From Methanobacteriota archaeon (GTDB taxonomy: Archaea > Thermoplasmatota > Thermoplasmata > Methanomassiliicoccales > Methanomassiliicoccaceae), in contig JAAYQQ010000034.1 in NCBI GenBank assembly GCA_012519255.1, positions 1-50,287 of the forward strand: a DNA stretch of 50,287 nucleotides. The letters are read 5' to 3'. The notes beneath the pieces were generated by a model. That model worked only from the letters and a program-made list of their open reading frames with translations. It was not told the DNA's origin and ran no database searches. A program made the position numbers and the translations under genes. Shown here in pieces: positions 39,738-49,451 of this stretch; positions within the stretch are counted from its first letter, which is position 1; each line of letters opens with the position of its first letter.

Positions 39738-40493
39738 ATGGCTAATGCCAAGAGGTCAAAGAAGAATAAGGAGCCGGGTCTTACCGGCTTCATCCTGAAG
39801 CCCATGTACCTCACTTTAAAACAGACGATCAAGGCTTCGATCAACAGGCCCCAGACTGTTCTATATCCCTGGGAGAAATTAGTTCTTCCTGATGCATTCC
39901 GGGGCCGGCCTGGACTCTTCTTCGACAAGTGTATCGGATGTGGTATCTGCATGCGCATATGCCCCAACCGATGCATCGATCTCGTCGAGGTTGAGGACCT
40001 GAAAAAGGCGGAGGGTGAACCAGCCAAGATGGTCAAGCGTCCAAGGGTTAACGTCGGAAGGTGTATGATGTGCGGATACTGCGCTGAGTACTGCCCCACC
40101 GATGCCATGATTGTGACGCCCGATTATGAGTTAGCAACATTCACTCGAGAGGAAGCTATCTATGATCCTTACAAGCTCCAGTTCCCTGGGAAGCCAGGTA
40201 ACGAGGTGCACATCATTGAGGTATTGCCCTCTGAGGTGGGTAAAGAGGGGGTGCTCCCGCGACGACGTATCGAGAACAAGGACATCCCCGTGCTTGATGA
40301 CAAGTTATGCATCGGCTGCAGTCGGTGCGCCAAGGACTGCCCAGTGGGTGCGGTCGAAATGAAAGAGGTCGGCGTCAATAAAAAGGGCAGGCCGATCAAA
40401 CGTCCGGTCTTCGATGCGGAAAAATGCGTGTCCTGTGACACCTGCCTCGAGACCTGTCCAAAGGATGCCCTAACTATGAAGGAGGCTCTGTGA
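39738..40493 (+). CDS. fpoI: Fpo-like complex subunit I (NuoI) with an extra C-terminal 2x[4Fe-4S] domain
   Basis: T..YP.E...FRG followed by four CxxCxxCxxxCP motifs. Confidence 0.92.
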   Translation: MANAKRSKKNKEPGLTGFILKPMYLTLKQTIKASINRPQTVLYPWEKLVLPDAFRGRPGLFFDKCIGCGICMRICPNRCIDLVEVEDLKKAEGEPAKMVKRPRVNVGRCMMCGYCAEYCPTDAMIVTPDYELATFTREEAIYDPYKLQFPGKPGNEVHIIEVLPSEVGKEGVLPRRRIENKDIPVLDDKLCIGCSRCAKDCPVGAVEMKEVGVNKKGRPIKRPVFDAEKCVSCDTCLETCPKDALTMKEAL

Positions 40494-40765
40494 TGACTAT
40501 TGAGTGGGACTTAGTTGTGTTCCTATTCATTGCGGCGGTGGCGATCCTTGCGGCGTTGGCCGTGATATGGTCCAAAGAAATCGTCCGCAGTGTCATGTGG
40601 CTGGCCCTCACTTTCCTTAGTGTTGGTTTCGTCTACATATTCCTGGGACATGAGTATCTGGGCATTATACAGGTCCTCATTTATGTTGGAGCAGTGTCGG
40701 TGCTGATGCTGTTCGGTATCATGCTCACCAAACGTCATCTAGTGGGAGATGAGCACGATGAATAA
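40490..40765 (+). CDS. fpoJ: Fpo-like complex subunit J, N-terminal part
   Basis: QVLIYVGAVSVLMLFGIML motif. Confidence 0.9.
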   Translation: MMTIEWDLVVFLFIAAVAILAALAVIWSKEIVRSVMWLALTFLSVGFVYIFLGHEYLGIIQVLIYVGAVSVLMLFGIMLTKRHLVGDEHDE

Positions 40766-40988
40766 GCGCAACATCGCCATCGGCGTAACTGTCCTGCTGT
40801 TCCTAGGAGTCGTATTGGGCGCCATGCTCATGACTCCATGGCCAGCTGGTGCCATGAGTTGGACTGACAGTTACGAGTTTGGCCTCACAGTCTTCAACGA
40901 TTACGGCATCGCTACTCTGATCGTTGGCGTCATCCTGTTCGTTTCGTTGCTTGGAGGCGTATATATTGCACAGGAGGAGAATGAATGA
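40749..40988 (+). CDS. Fpo-like complex subunit J, C-terminal part (J2)
   Basis: Two TM segments with G..VF.DY...L..GVILF..LLG. A split J is usual in archaeal fpo operons. Confidence 0.8.
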   Translation: MSTMNKRNIAIGVTVLLFLGVVLGAMLMTPWPAGAMSWTDSYEFGLTVFNDYGIATLIVGVILFVSLLGGVYIAQEENE

Positions 40989-41287
40989 TTCCCCTTGAGT
41001 ATTTCATAGGCCTATCAGCCATATTATTCGTCATAGGCGTCATTGGCGTACTCGTCAAGAGGAACGCCATCGTAGTGCTGATGAGTATCGAACTAATGCT
41101 CAATGCGGCCAACATCAACTTCGTAGCATTCTCCGCCTTTACTGCCAATCTGAATGGAGCAGTATTTGCACTGATTTCCATCGCCATAGCTGCAGCAGAG
41201 GTGGCAGTAGGTCTAGCGATTGTAATGAACCTGTACAAGACCAGGGACACCATCAGTCTTGATCAGATCAACCTACTGAGGTGGTAA
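40985..41287 (+). CDS. fpoK: Fpo-like complex subunit K (NuoK)
   Basis: LMSIELMLNAANIN and AAAEVAVGLA motifs. Confidence 0.95.
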   Translation: MIPLEYFIGLSAILFVIGVIGVLVKRNAIVVLMSIELMLNAANINFVAFSAFTANLNGAVFALISIAIAAAEVAVGLAIVMNLYKTRDTISLDQINLLRW

Positions 41288-41289
41288 AA

Positions 41290-43266
41290 ATGACATTTGC
41301 AGAGTATGCCTGGTTGATCCCCATATTCCCACTGATCGCATTCGTAGTGATCGGGTTCCTGGGGAACAGGCTGTTCAAGAAATGGGAGGGTGGCGCGCCG
41401 ATAGCTATCGGAATGGCGGCGATCTCTCTCATCCTCTCCTTGCTGGTGGCCATCGAGGCCCTCACGGGAGATGGAACTCCATTTATCCAGTCGATGGACT
41501 GGTTGATAGTGGCGGGCGAGAATTTCGACTTCAACTTCCGAATAGGTATCTATATCGATACCCTAGCCGCCCTGATGCTCATCGTAGTATCGATCATCTC
41601 AACCCTGGTGGTCATCTACTCCCTCGGCTACATGCACGAGGAGGGTGAGAAGAAGCGTCGTTACTATGCAATAATCTCTCTATTCATTGGCGTGATGCTG
41701 GGACTGGTCCTGGCCTCCAACTTCCTCCAGATGTTCATATTCTGGGAGCTGGTGGGCCTGTGCTCGTACCTGCTCATCGGATTCTGGAATACCAGGCCTT
41801 CTGCCGCCTCGGCAGCCAAGAAGGCGTTCCTGGTCACCCGGATCGGTGACATCATGTTCATGGGTGGGCTGTTCATATTCTTCGTTGGCTTCCAGGGCAA
41901 TCTCGACTTCGATTACATATTCAACAATGTCGAGGCCTTCGTCGGCGGGAACGAACTGCTCACACTGGGCACCTTCCTGATATTTGGTGGTGCCATCGGT
42001 AAGTCTGCGCAGTTCCCACTGCACGACTGGTTGCCTGATGCTATGGAAGGTCCGACCACTGTCTCGGCCCTTATCCATGCTGCTACGATGGTTAAGGCCG
42101 GTGTGTACCTGGTGGCGAGATCCTATCCCATCATGGTTCACACTGAAACCACTCTGATGATAGTCGCCTGTATTGGTGGCTTCACCGCGCTGTTCGCAGC
42201 GACCATGGCTCTTAATAATACCAATATCAAGAGGGTCCTGGCCTATTCCACAGTGAGCCAGCTGGGATACATGTTCCTGGCTCTGGGGGCGGGCGGTTAC
42301 ATCTATACGCAGACCCTTGAGCCGAACATCGGCTACACTGCCGGTATGTTCCACCTCATGAACCACGCCTTCTTCAAGGCCCTGCTATTCCTTTCCGCCG
42401 GCGCGGTCATCCACGCTGTGCACACCGAGGACATGCGGCTCATGGGGGGTCTGTCCAAGAAGCTCAAGATCACCTCAGCGGTGATGCTTATTGGATGTAT
42501 TTCCATCGCAGGTATTCCACCGTTCAGTGGATTCTGGTCCAAGGACCTGATCCTGGAGGCGGTGTACGAGGGCATCGAGATAAGTCCAATCTTTGGAGTT
42601 CTCTATGCAATGGGTCTGATCACGGCGTTCCTGACAGCCTTCTATATGTTCCGGCTGTGGTTCCTCACATTCACTGGTGAGCCCAGGGACAGCTACGCTT
42701 ACGACCATGCACATGAGGCGCCCAAGAGCATGTGGATGCCCCTCGCCATTCTAGCCATCTTTGCCTTTGGCTCTGGCTTTGCCCTGCTATTCGGCTTCGA
42801 GTCTCTGATTGTGCCGGAGGGCGTCTTCGCACTCCCCGCCAAGACTGCACTTGTAGTCGTCGAGGATATGTTCACCAATCCCCTGACCTATGCGTCCATC
42901 GTGGCCGCGTTGCTGGGTATTGGGCTGGCTTACCTGGCATACTACAAGAAGACGATCGATCCTGCCGTGTTCACGGCGACTCCGGCCCGGAAGGCCATGT
43001 CTAACGTCCTTGATGCACGCTATGGATTCACCCGTGCATATGATTGGATAGGCCTGACGGTTGTCTATGGGATCGCCAAGGTGGTCAGCGCTATCGACCG
43101 CTTGATCATTGACGGATTCATAGATGGAGTCAGCTCATTCCTGATCAAGAGCGGGAACTTCCTACGCCGCGGTCAGACTGGCTACGTACAGAGCTATGCA
43201 GCCGTGGTCGTAGCAGGGGTGTCGTTAATCGCCATCCTACTCCTCCTCATCGGAGTGGTGATCTAA
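41290..43266 (+). CDS. fpoL: Fpo-like complex subunit L (NuoL)
   Basis: WELVGLCSYLLIGFW, KSAQFPLHDWLPDAMEGPT and HAFFKALLFL motifs. Confidence 0.96.
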   Translation: MTFAEYAWLIPIFPLIAFVVIGFLGNRLFKKWEGGAPIAIGMAAISLILSLLVAIEALTGDGTPFIQSMDWLIVAGENFDFNFRIGIYIDTLAALMLIVVSIISTLVVIYSLGYMHEEGEKKRRYYAIISLFIGVMLGLVLASNFLQMFIFWELVGLCSYLLIGFWNTRPSAASAAKKAFLVTRIGDIMFMGGLFIFFVGFQGNLDFDYIFNNVEAFVGGNELLTLGTFLIFGGAIGKSAQFPLHDWLPDAMEGPTTVSALIHAATMVKAGVYLVARSYPIMVHTETTLMIVACIGGFTALFAATMALNNTNIKRVLAYSTVSQLGYMFLALGAGGYIYTQTLEPNIGYTAGMFHLMNHAFFKALLFLSAGAVIHAVHTEDMRLMGGLSKKLKITSAVMLIGCISIAGIPPFSGFWSKDLILEAVYEGIEISPIFGVLYAMGLITAFLTAFYMFRLWFLTFTGEPRDSYAYDHAHEAPKSMWMPLAILAIFAFGSGFALLFGFESLIVPEGVFALPAKTALVVVEDMFTNPLTYASIVAALLGIGLAYLAYYKKTIDPAVFTATPARKAMSNVLDARYGFTRAYDWIGLTVVYGIAKVVSAIDRLIIDGFIDGVSSFLIKSGNFLRRGQTGYVQSYAAVVVAGVSLIAILLLLIGVVI

Positions 43267-44780
43267 TGTTAGAGAATATACCCATACTCTCACTGCTCAT
43301 CCTCTTCCCCCTTGTTGGAGCCCTAGTGGTATTCCTAATGGGGAAGTCGGACAAGGCAGCCAAATATACGGCCCTGTTCTTCTCGGCCATACCATTAGCG
43401 CTCTCCATCCTCGTACTGACGGAGTTCTCTCTTACTGGAGGATTCCAGTTTGAGGAGCAGTACGAGTGGATAAGTTTCCTCGGCATCAGCTTGCATCTCG
43501 CAGTCGATGGTGTCAGTATCACCATGGTCTTCCTGAGCGCCTTGCTGGTGTTCCTGGCGATATTATTCTCCTGGGATGTAAAAGAGCGACTTAACCAGTA
43601 CCTGGCCCTCATGTTGATACTAGATGCAGGTATCCTAGGCGTGTTCACGTCTCTGGACTACTTTGTCTTCTATATCTTCTGGGAAGTAGTGCTCATCCCG
43701 ATGTATTTCCTCATAGCGATATGGGGAGGGGTGAACCGGGCCTATGCGTCTATAAAGTTCTTCATATACACCCATGTGGCCTCGCTGGCCATGTTACTGG
43801 GTATCTTTGCCCTGTACTTCACAACCGCCCCCATGCTGATAGAGAATGGCGTGATTCCGGCCGATGCAATAGGCACATTTGATATGCTGGCTATTGCAAG
43901 CGTGGCTGGCGGACTGGGTGAGGCATTGCAAATCGCCATCTTTGGAGCCCTCTTCTTTGGCTTCATCGTGAAGATGCCGATGGTGCCGTTCCACACATGG
44001 CTTCCAGATGCTCACGTCCAGGCACCCACTGCTGGATCGGTCCTTTTGGCCGGTCTGCTGCTGAAGATGGGTTCCTACGGTATCATCAGGATCTGCCTGC
44101 CTACTCTGCCGACTGCAGCTGTAGACTTCCAGATCATCATGGCAGTCATCGGTGTGGTATCGATAATCTATGGTGCATTCGCATGTCTGGCCCAGACTGA
44201 CCTGAAGAAGATGGTTGCATACTCGTCTGTGTCTCACATGGGTATAGTCATGCTGGGCATAGCCACTCTAAGCTGGCTGGGTATCGCTGCAGCAGTATTC
44301 CAGATGTTTGCGCACGGACTCATAACCGCTGTCCTCTTCATGGTATGCGGAATGTTCCAGCACAAGACCGGGACCAGGGAGATTCCCCTGCTCGGCGGGC
44401 TGGCACCCAAGATCCCAATTCTGTCTACAGTTATGATGATGGGATTCATGGCCTCACTGGGCCTTCCAGGGATGATCGGCTTCCTGGCCGAATTCTCGGT
44501 GTTCACCGCGACCTTTGATACTTGGGGATTGTGGGTGTTTGTCCCCATCGCCACCGTCGCCCTGACCGCAGCCTACTATCTGTGGGCCATGCAGAGAAGC
44601 ATCTTTGGCGAACTGACCGACAAGATCGATACCAGCAAGCTTCACGATGCCTACTGGTTTGAGATCATACCCCTGGCGGTGCTGCTCGGCCTCATCGTGC
44701 TGTTCGGCATATGGCCAGCCTTCGTGATGGACCTCATCACACCTTCGATTCCGTTGGTGTGGCCTCTCGGGGTGATCTGA
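43266..44780 (+). CDS. fpoM: Fpo-like complex subunit M (NuoM)
   Basis: PFHTWLPDAHVQAP, LLKMGSYG and AYSSVSHMG motifs. Confidence 0.96.
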   Translation: MLENIPILSLLILFPLVGALVVFLMGKSDKAAKYTALFFSAIPLALSILVLTEFSLTGGFQFEEQYEWISFLGISLHLAVDGVSITMVFLSALLVFLAILFSWDVKERLNQYLALMLILDAGILGVFTSLDYFVFYIFWEVVLIPMYFLIAIWGGVNRAYASIKFFIYTHVASLAMLLGIFALYFTTAPMLIENGVIPADAIGTFDMLAIASVAGGLGEALQIAIFGALFFGFIVKMPMVPFHTWLPDAHVQAPTAGSVLLAGLLLKMGSYGIIRICLPTLPTAAVDFQIIMAVIGVVSIIYGAFACLAQTDLKKMVAYSSVSHMGIVMLGIATLSWLGIAAAVFQMFAHGLITAVLFMVCGMFQHKTGTREIPLLGGLAPKIPILSTVMMMGFMASLGLPGMIGFLAEFSVFTATFDTWGLWVFVPIATVALTAAYYLWAMQRSIFGELTDKIDTSKLHDAYWFEIIPLAVLLGLIVLFGIWPAFVMDLITPSIPLVWPLGVI

Positions 44781-44781
44781 A

Positions 44782-46251
44782 ATGATGGATTACGGAGCAA
44801 TTTATCCTGAACTTATCCTGATCCTGTTCGCCGCGGCGCTTCCGGCCCTGCACTGGCTCTTCAAGTCTAGCCGGGCCCTTGCCAGCATATCGCTGGTCGG
44901 CATAGCGGCGTCCATTGGGACAGTAGTCTACTATATGGTCAATGGATATCCGGACGTCATCGGCAATGTTAACACGCCACTGCTGGGCTTCGATGCTCTG
45001 GCAGCGGTGTTCTCGCTGGTGTTCCCGAGCGTGGCATTCTATGTGGTGCTGGCCTCAGCCATGTACATTGAGGGTGAGAATCATCTTGCCGAGTACTATT
45101 CCCTCATCTTGCTCGCCACCGCGGGTATGATGCTGGTTGCCTCGGCTTATGACCTTATCACCATCTTCGTAGGTCTTGAGCTAGCTTCGATGTCCACGTA
45201 CGCCCTGGTAGCCTTCCGCAAGAGGGACAAGCGGGGTGCTGAGGCGGCAGTCAAGTACGTCATCATAGGCGCATTTTCCTCTGCCTTGGCCCTGTATGGT
45301 ATATCCATCCTCTATGGGCTGGCGGGCACCTCTAACCTGGAGGGCATCAACGCGGCTCTAGCTGTACAGGGGACTGAACTTGCCACCCTACTCGCCATCG
45401 CACTGGTCATAGCAGGATTTGGCTTCAAGGTCGCTATCGCGCCCTTCCACATGTGGGCCCCTGACGTTTATGAGGGCGCTCCCTCTACGGTGTCAGCCCT
45501 CTTGGCGTCCAGCTCCAAGAAGATGGGTTTAGTGCTGATGTTCAAGATATTCCTGGTCGGCATGATAGCTCTCAAGGCGGACTGGGATGTCGTGGTTGGC
45601 ATATTAGCCATCTTGACCATGACTGTCGGCAACATCTTGGCACTGTCGCAGACCAACATCAAGCGTATGCTCGCCTACTCGTCTATCGCTCAGGCGGGCT
45701 ACATACTCATGGCCCTTCCTCTAGCCACTGTCGTATCTGACTATGCCATCACGGGCGGTATATTCCACATAATCACCCACGCCTTCATGAAGGGCGGGGC
45801 TTTCATTGTGGTCGCCGCTCTGGCCTATGTGGCCATTGGGGAATCGATATCGGACTACAAGGGGCTGGGAAAGAGATCGCCATTCCTGGCGTTCTCTATG
45901 ACCATCTTCCTGTTTGCACTGGCAGGTATCCCGCCACTGTCCGGGTTCATGAGCAAGGTTGTGCTGATATCAGCCTCCATTCAGGCAGCAGAGACTACTC
46001 AGTGGATGCTGTGGCTTGGTGTTGCACTGGTCCTCAACTCGGCGCTCTCACTGTACTATTACGTACGCGTGATCAAGAACATGTACGTAGAGAAGGGAGA
46101 CTCGGTCGAGCGGATCAAGCTACCTGTTTCTATGGCAGCAGCAGTGGCCATCTGTCTGATAGCCACCATTGGCCTGGGCATATTCTTCGACCCAGTCCTG
46201 GAGCTGTCATCCGAGGCAGCCAAGGTACTCTTTCCCACTCTGATGGGCTAA
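44782..46251 (+). CDS. fpoN: Fpo-like complex subunit N (NuoN)
   Basis: EAAVKY, FKVAIAPFHMWAPDVYEGAP and KRMLAYSSIAQAGY motifs. Confidence 0.96.
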   Translation: MMDYGAIYPELILILFAAALPALHWLFKSSRALASISLVGIAASIGTVVYYMVNGYPDVIGNVNTPLLGFDALAAVFSLVFPSVAFYVVLASAMYIEGENHLAEYYSLILLATAGMMLVASAYDLITIFVGLELASMSTYALVAFRKRDKRGAEAAVKYVIIGAFSSALALYGISILYGLAGTSNLEGINAALAVQGTELATLLAIALVIAGFGFKVAIAPFHMWAPDVYEGAPSTVSALLASSSKKMGLVLMFKIFLVGMIALKADWDVVVGILAILTMTVGNILALSQTNIKRMLAYSSIAQAGYILMALPLATVVSDYAITGGIFHIITHAFMKGGAFIVVAALAYVAIGESISDYKGLGKRSPFLAFSMTIFLFALAGIPPLSGFMSKVVLISASIQAAETTQWMLWLGVALVLNSALSLYYYVRVIKNMYVEKGDSVERIKLPVSMAAAVAICLIATIGLGIFFDPVLELSSEAAKVLFPTLMG

Positions 46252-46673
46252 ACCTTTTCCATCCAACCTTTTAAAGCGTCGAGGACGGAAATCGTCCCGA
46301 CGATTTTCTCATCTTTTGTTACCAACACTCTATCAACGTTCCAGCTTTGCATGACCTTGAGCACATTGAGCGGCTCCTCATCATGCCTCACCCTTACACA
46401 AGGTCGATTCCCGTCGAGACGGCATAGGGCGGCAAAATCACGTATGCGGTGTTTGTCTAGGTCCACATTGCGGACCACCATGTTGCCCATGTCTGAGGCA
46501 GTCACCATGCCAATAATATCATCGCCCTCCACCACTGCGAGAACGGGGCTCCCATTATTGATCATGTCCCGGAGCGCCTCCATGACCGTGGCACTGCCGG
46601 GCACTAAGATTGGTCCAGTCTCCACGAGATTCTCAATACTCTTCCCTTTACTTCCCGTATGTGCATACATCAA
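46248..46673 (-). CDS. CBS-domain pair protein
   Basis: TVMEAL..M....LAVV...IIGMVT..D and VLV...KIVGTISVLD. Ends in TAG. Confidence 0.8.
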   Translation of the reverse strand: MMYAHTGSKGKSIENLVETGPILVPGSATVMEALRDMINNGSPVLAVVEGDDIIGMVTASDMGNMVVRNVDLDKHRIRDFAALCRLDGNRPCVRVRHDEEPLNVLKVMQSWNVDRVLVTKDEKIVGTISVLDALKGWMEKV

Positions 46674-46768
46674 AGAATGTTTCTAACATCGAAGAGATAA
46701 ATTTTGCCAGCGGTTGTATCAAGGCCCCCCAGTAATGGTTAAGTACGGCATCTGTATTAGGACGGCAC

Positions 46769-47740
46769 ATGTCCTCAAGCTGGGACCAGCCTGTATCGAA
46801 AGAGCTCCGCATGGTCGAAGAAGAGATCATGCGGAACGTGCGCTCTAGTGAGCCCTTGCTCACCGAGATCGCGACGCACGTCATCGGTTCCGGCGGTAAG
46901 CGTATGCGGCCAGGTGTGAGTCTGCTCGCGTTCCGTGCGGTTGGGGGTACCGATCTTTCAAAAATCATTATGCTCTCCGCCGCCATTGAACTCATCCACA
47001 GCGCCACCCTAGTGCATGACGATATCAACGATGGGGCCGAGATCCGTAGAGGAGTCATTGCTGCTTGCCGCAAGTATGGCACACAGAGGGCACTAATAAC
47101 CGGAGACTTCCTTTTTGTGAAGGGATTCCGGCTTGGCGGATTGGCAGGTTCGGACGACATCGTCGAGATCGTGGCCGATACGTGCGCAGGCATGGCCGAG
47201 AGCGAAATGCTTCAGTCTCTGGTTGAGTATGATCATTTCCTCCCTTTGGAGACCTATCTTCAAATTATTGAGGGCAAGACGGCCAAGCCCATAGAGGCCT
47301 CCGCTCAGGTTGGTGCCTATATGGGAGGCGGTTCAGCCGACCAAGTGGAAGAAATGAGCACATACGGTCTAAACATAGGCTGTGCCTTCCAGATAGTCGA
47401 CGATATTCTAGACATCACTGGTGAGGAAGACACGTTGGGTAAAAAGCGAGGAATGGATATCCTCGAGGGTAAGCCCAATCTGCCTCTCATCCTTGCCATG
47501 CGAGACGACAGCCCCGGCTCCGCCCGTATTAGGGAGGTGTTCGGGAAGCAGAGCAAGACCCAGGAGGAGGTCGATGAGGTCCTCCATCTGATCCAGGCCA
47601 CTGACGCACTAGATGAGGCTATGAGATATGCTGAATCATATAGGGAGAAGGCTCTGAAGGGTCTTGATGTGCTTCCTGATTCAGAGTATAAAGATGCCTT
47701 ACGGGCTCTAGCCGACACGGTCTTGGAGCGTAACAGATGA
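46769..47740 (+). CDS. Trans-polyprenyl diphosphate synthase (probably long-chain)
   Basis: GGKRMRP, FARM HDDIND..RRG, GKTA and SARM FQIVDDILD motifs. Confidence 0.93.
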   Translation: MSSSWDQPVSKELRMVEEEIMRNVRSSEPLLTEIATHVIGSGGKRMRPGVSLLAFRAVGGTDLSKIIMLSAAIELIHSATLVHDDINDGAEIRRGVIAACRKYGTQRALITGDFLFVKGFRLGGLAGSDDIVEIVADTCAGMAESEMLQSLVEYDHFLPLETYLQIIEGKTAKPIEASAQVGAYMGGGSADQVEEMSTYGLNIGCAFQIVDDILDITGEEDTLGKKRGMDILEGKPNLPLILAMRDDSPGSARIREVFGKQSKTQEEVDEVLHLIQATDALDEAMRYAESYREKALKGLDVLPDSEYKDALRALADTVLERNR

Positions 47741-48822
47741 GCGCTGAATATGATATTGTCGTAGTCGGCGCCGGACCAGCCGGCAGCACCGTCGCCGAAC
47801 ATGCCGCCCTCCAGGGGGTCAGCGTGCTGTTGCTGGACAAGAAGAAAGTTATCGGAGTGCCCGTGGCATGCGGGGAATTTCTTCCTGAGACTTATGAGAT
47901 CAAGGCCACATTCCCCCGTGCCCCTGATCTGGATGAGCTTTTTGAGGTCCCTGAAGATCTTATACTAAGGCAGATGGGGCTTTTCCGTATGATTGCGCCG
48001 AGCCGGCGTCACTGGGACGTGCCATTCCGCGGTTACACCACTGATCGAGATCGATTCGACTAGCATCTGGCGGATAAAGCTAGAAAGGCAGGGGCGGAGA
48101 TACGGACTTCGGTCCGAGTAGAAGGGGTTGAGGGAACCGAGGTCATAACCTCAGATGGGCGCATAAAAGCCAAGGTGGTTGTAGGTGCCGATGGGCCGAC
48201 TTCACGTGTGGCAAGCTCTTTGGGTTTCCCCAAGAACAGGGACTCCTATCCGGCCGTCACTGGACAGGCAGAAGGGGATTTTGAGCCTATCATGGAGATG
48301 CACTTTGGTAGCTTGGCCCCAGGCGCCTATGCGTGGGTTCTGCCCAAGGCCCAAGGTGCTAACGTTGGAGTGGGCTGTGCCCCCCGACTCTCTGATGGCA
48401 AGGTGACTGAATATTACGATATCTTCCTCAAGCAGAGGGATCTTACCGTGAAAGGTCGCCCAGTGGGCAAACTCGTCCCATCGAATGGGCCGATAAGAAG
48501 AACGGCCTCCGAGACCGCTCTTTTGGTTGGCGATGCCGCTGGCCATGTAATGGCTGTAAATGGTGGAGGGGTTCCAATTGCCATGATATGCGGCCGCTTG
48601 GCCGGACAGGCTGCGGCCGCCCACGTCCGCCATGGTACTTCTCTCAAGGAGTATGAGCGAGAATGGCGGAGACAGGTGGCCAAACCGCTCCATACCGCGT
48701 TAAACACCAAGCGCCTGGCTACCCTATTCCTTGGAGGCAGACGCCGCCTTGAATGGTCTATGGGCGTAGTGGGGGCCAGACGTATGGGTAAAATGATTAG
48801 GTGCCGGCCCGTGTTCCCATGA
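47737..48822 (+). CDS. Geranylgeranyl reductase family protein with an internal in-frame TAG (candidate pyrrolysine; alternatively a nonsense allele)
   Basis: The 47737 and 48175 ORFs share a frame. The gap reads DRDRFD*HLADKARKAGAEIRTSVRVEGVEGTEVITSDGRIKAKVVVGADG, giving a complete 361-aa GGR. Confidence 0.85.
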
Positions 48823-48919
48823 GTGGGGCAGGACAATAGTCAAGAAAGGGTACTAATCAGCAGTGCATTGAATGCCTAATCTGGTCTTGGTCAGACTTCC
48901 ACCATCTAGGGCGAGATTA

Positions 48920-49381
48920 TCAACCTCTTGAGCGAGTCGAGCGTAATTCGCTGCCGCAAATGGGGCAATCCTGTTGATTCTTGTCGAAGACTTTTCCGCA
49001 ACCCTTGCACCGATACTTCCAGATGATGACCTTTTTGATCTCTCTGAAGCCAACCCCTTGATATTTTACACCAAGCACACAGGCCAGGTTCTGGATGGAA
49101 TAGTCATCAGTGAGCAGGGTGGCCTTAAGATCCAATGCGAGTGCGAGTACTTCCATATCTACCGGGGAGAGGCGGGCATCGTCGCCACTGCCCTCTGCAG
49201 CAATTCTTACTGTCTCTAATGCTTTGGGAGATGGTGAAGCGACAGATAGGAACTCGCCCCAATATCTCAGGCGAGGGTCAGCGTACTTTCTGAGTTCATT
49301 GATGACGCCAGGGGAGGTTATAGCATTAGGGGGAAGGTCCTCCATGGAGAATAGCGCAGAAGTGTCTAGAACATATCTCAC
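48920..49381 (-). CDS. nob1: NOB1-family PIN endonuclease with Zn ribbon
   Basis: YVLDTSA, LSPVD..VLALA, LLTDDYSIQN and C.GC....CPICGS motifs. Confidence 0.9.
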   Translation of the reverse strand: MRYVLDTSALFSMEDLPPNAITSPGVINELRKYADPRLRYWGEFLSVASPSPKALETVRIAAEGSGDDARLSPVDMEVLALALDLKATLLTDDYSIQNLACVLGVKYQGVGFREIKKVIIWKYRCKGCGKVFDKNQQDCPICGSELRSTRSRG

Positions 49382-49451
49382 GCCACTACATATCCGCTAG
49401 ATGAAATAAGGGTTCGCAATGGCTAAATATGGTGGGACTAATGCGGCGAGC

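Noticed and set aside
40490-40988. Split fpoJ as a frameshifted pseudogene
   Set aside because: A two-gene J is normal in archaeal fpo/nuo-like operons, and both parts have plausible starts.
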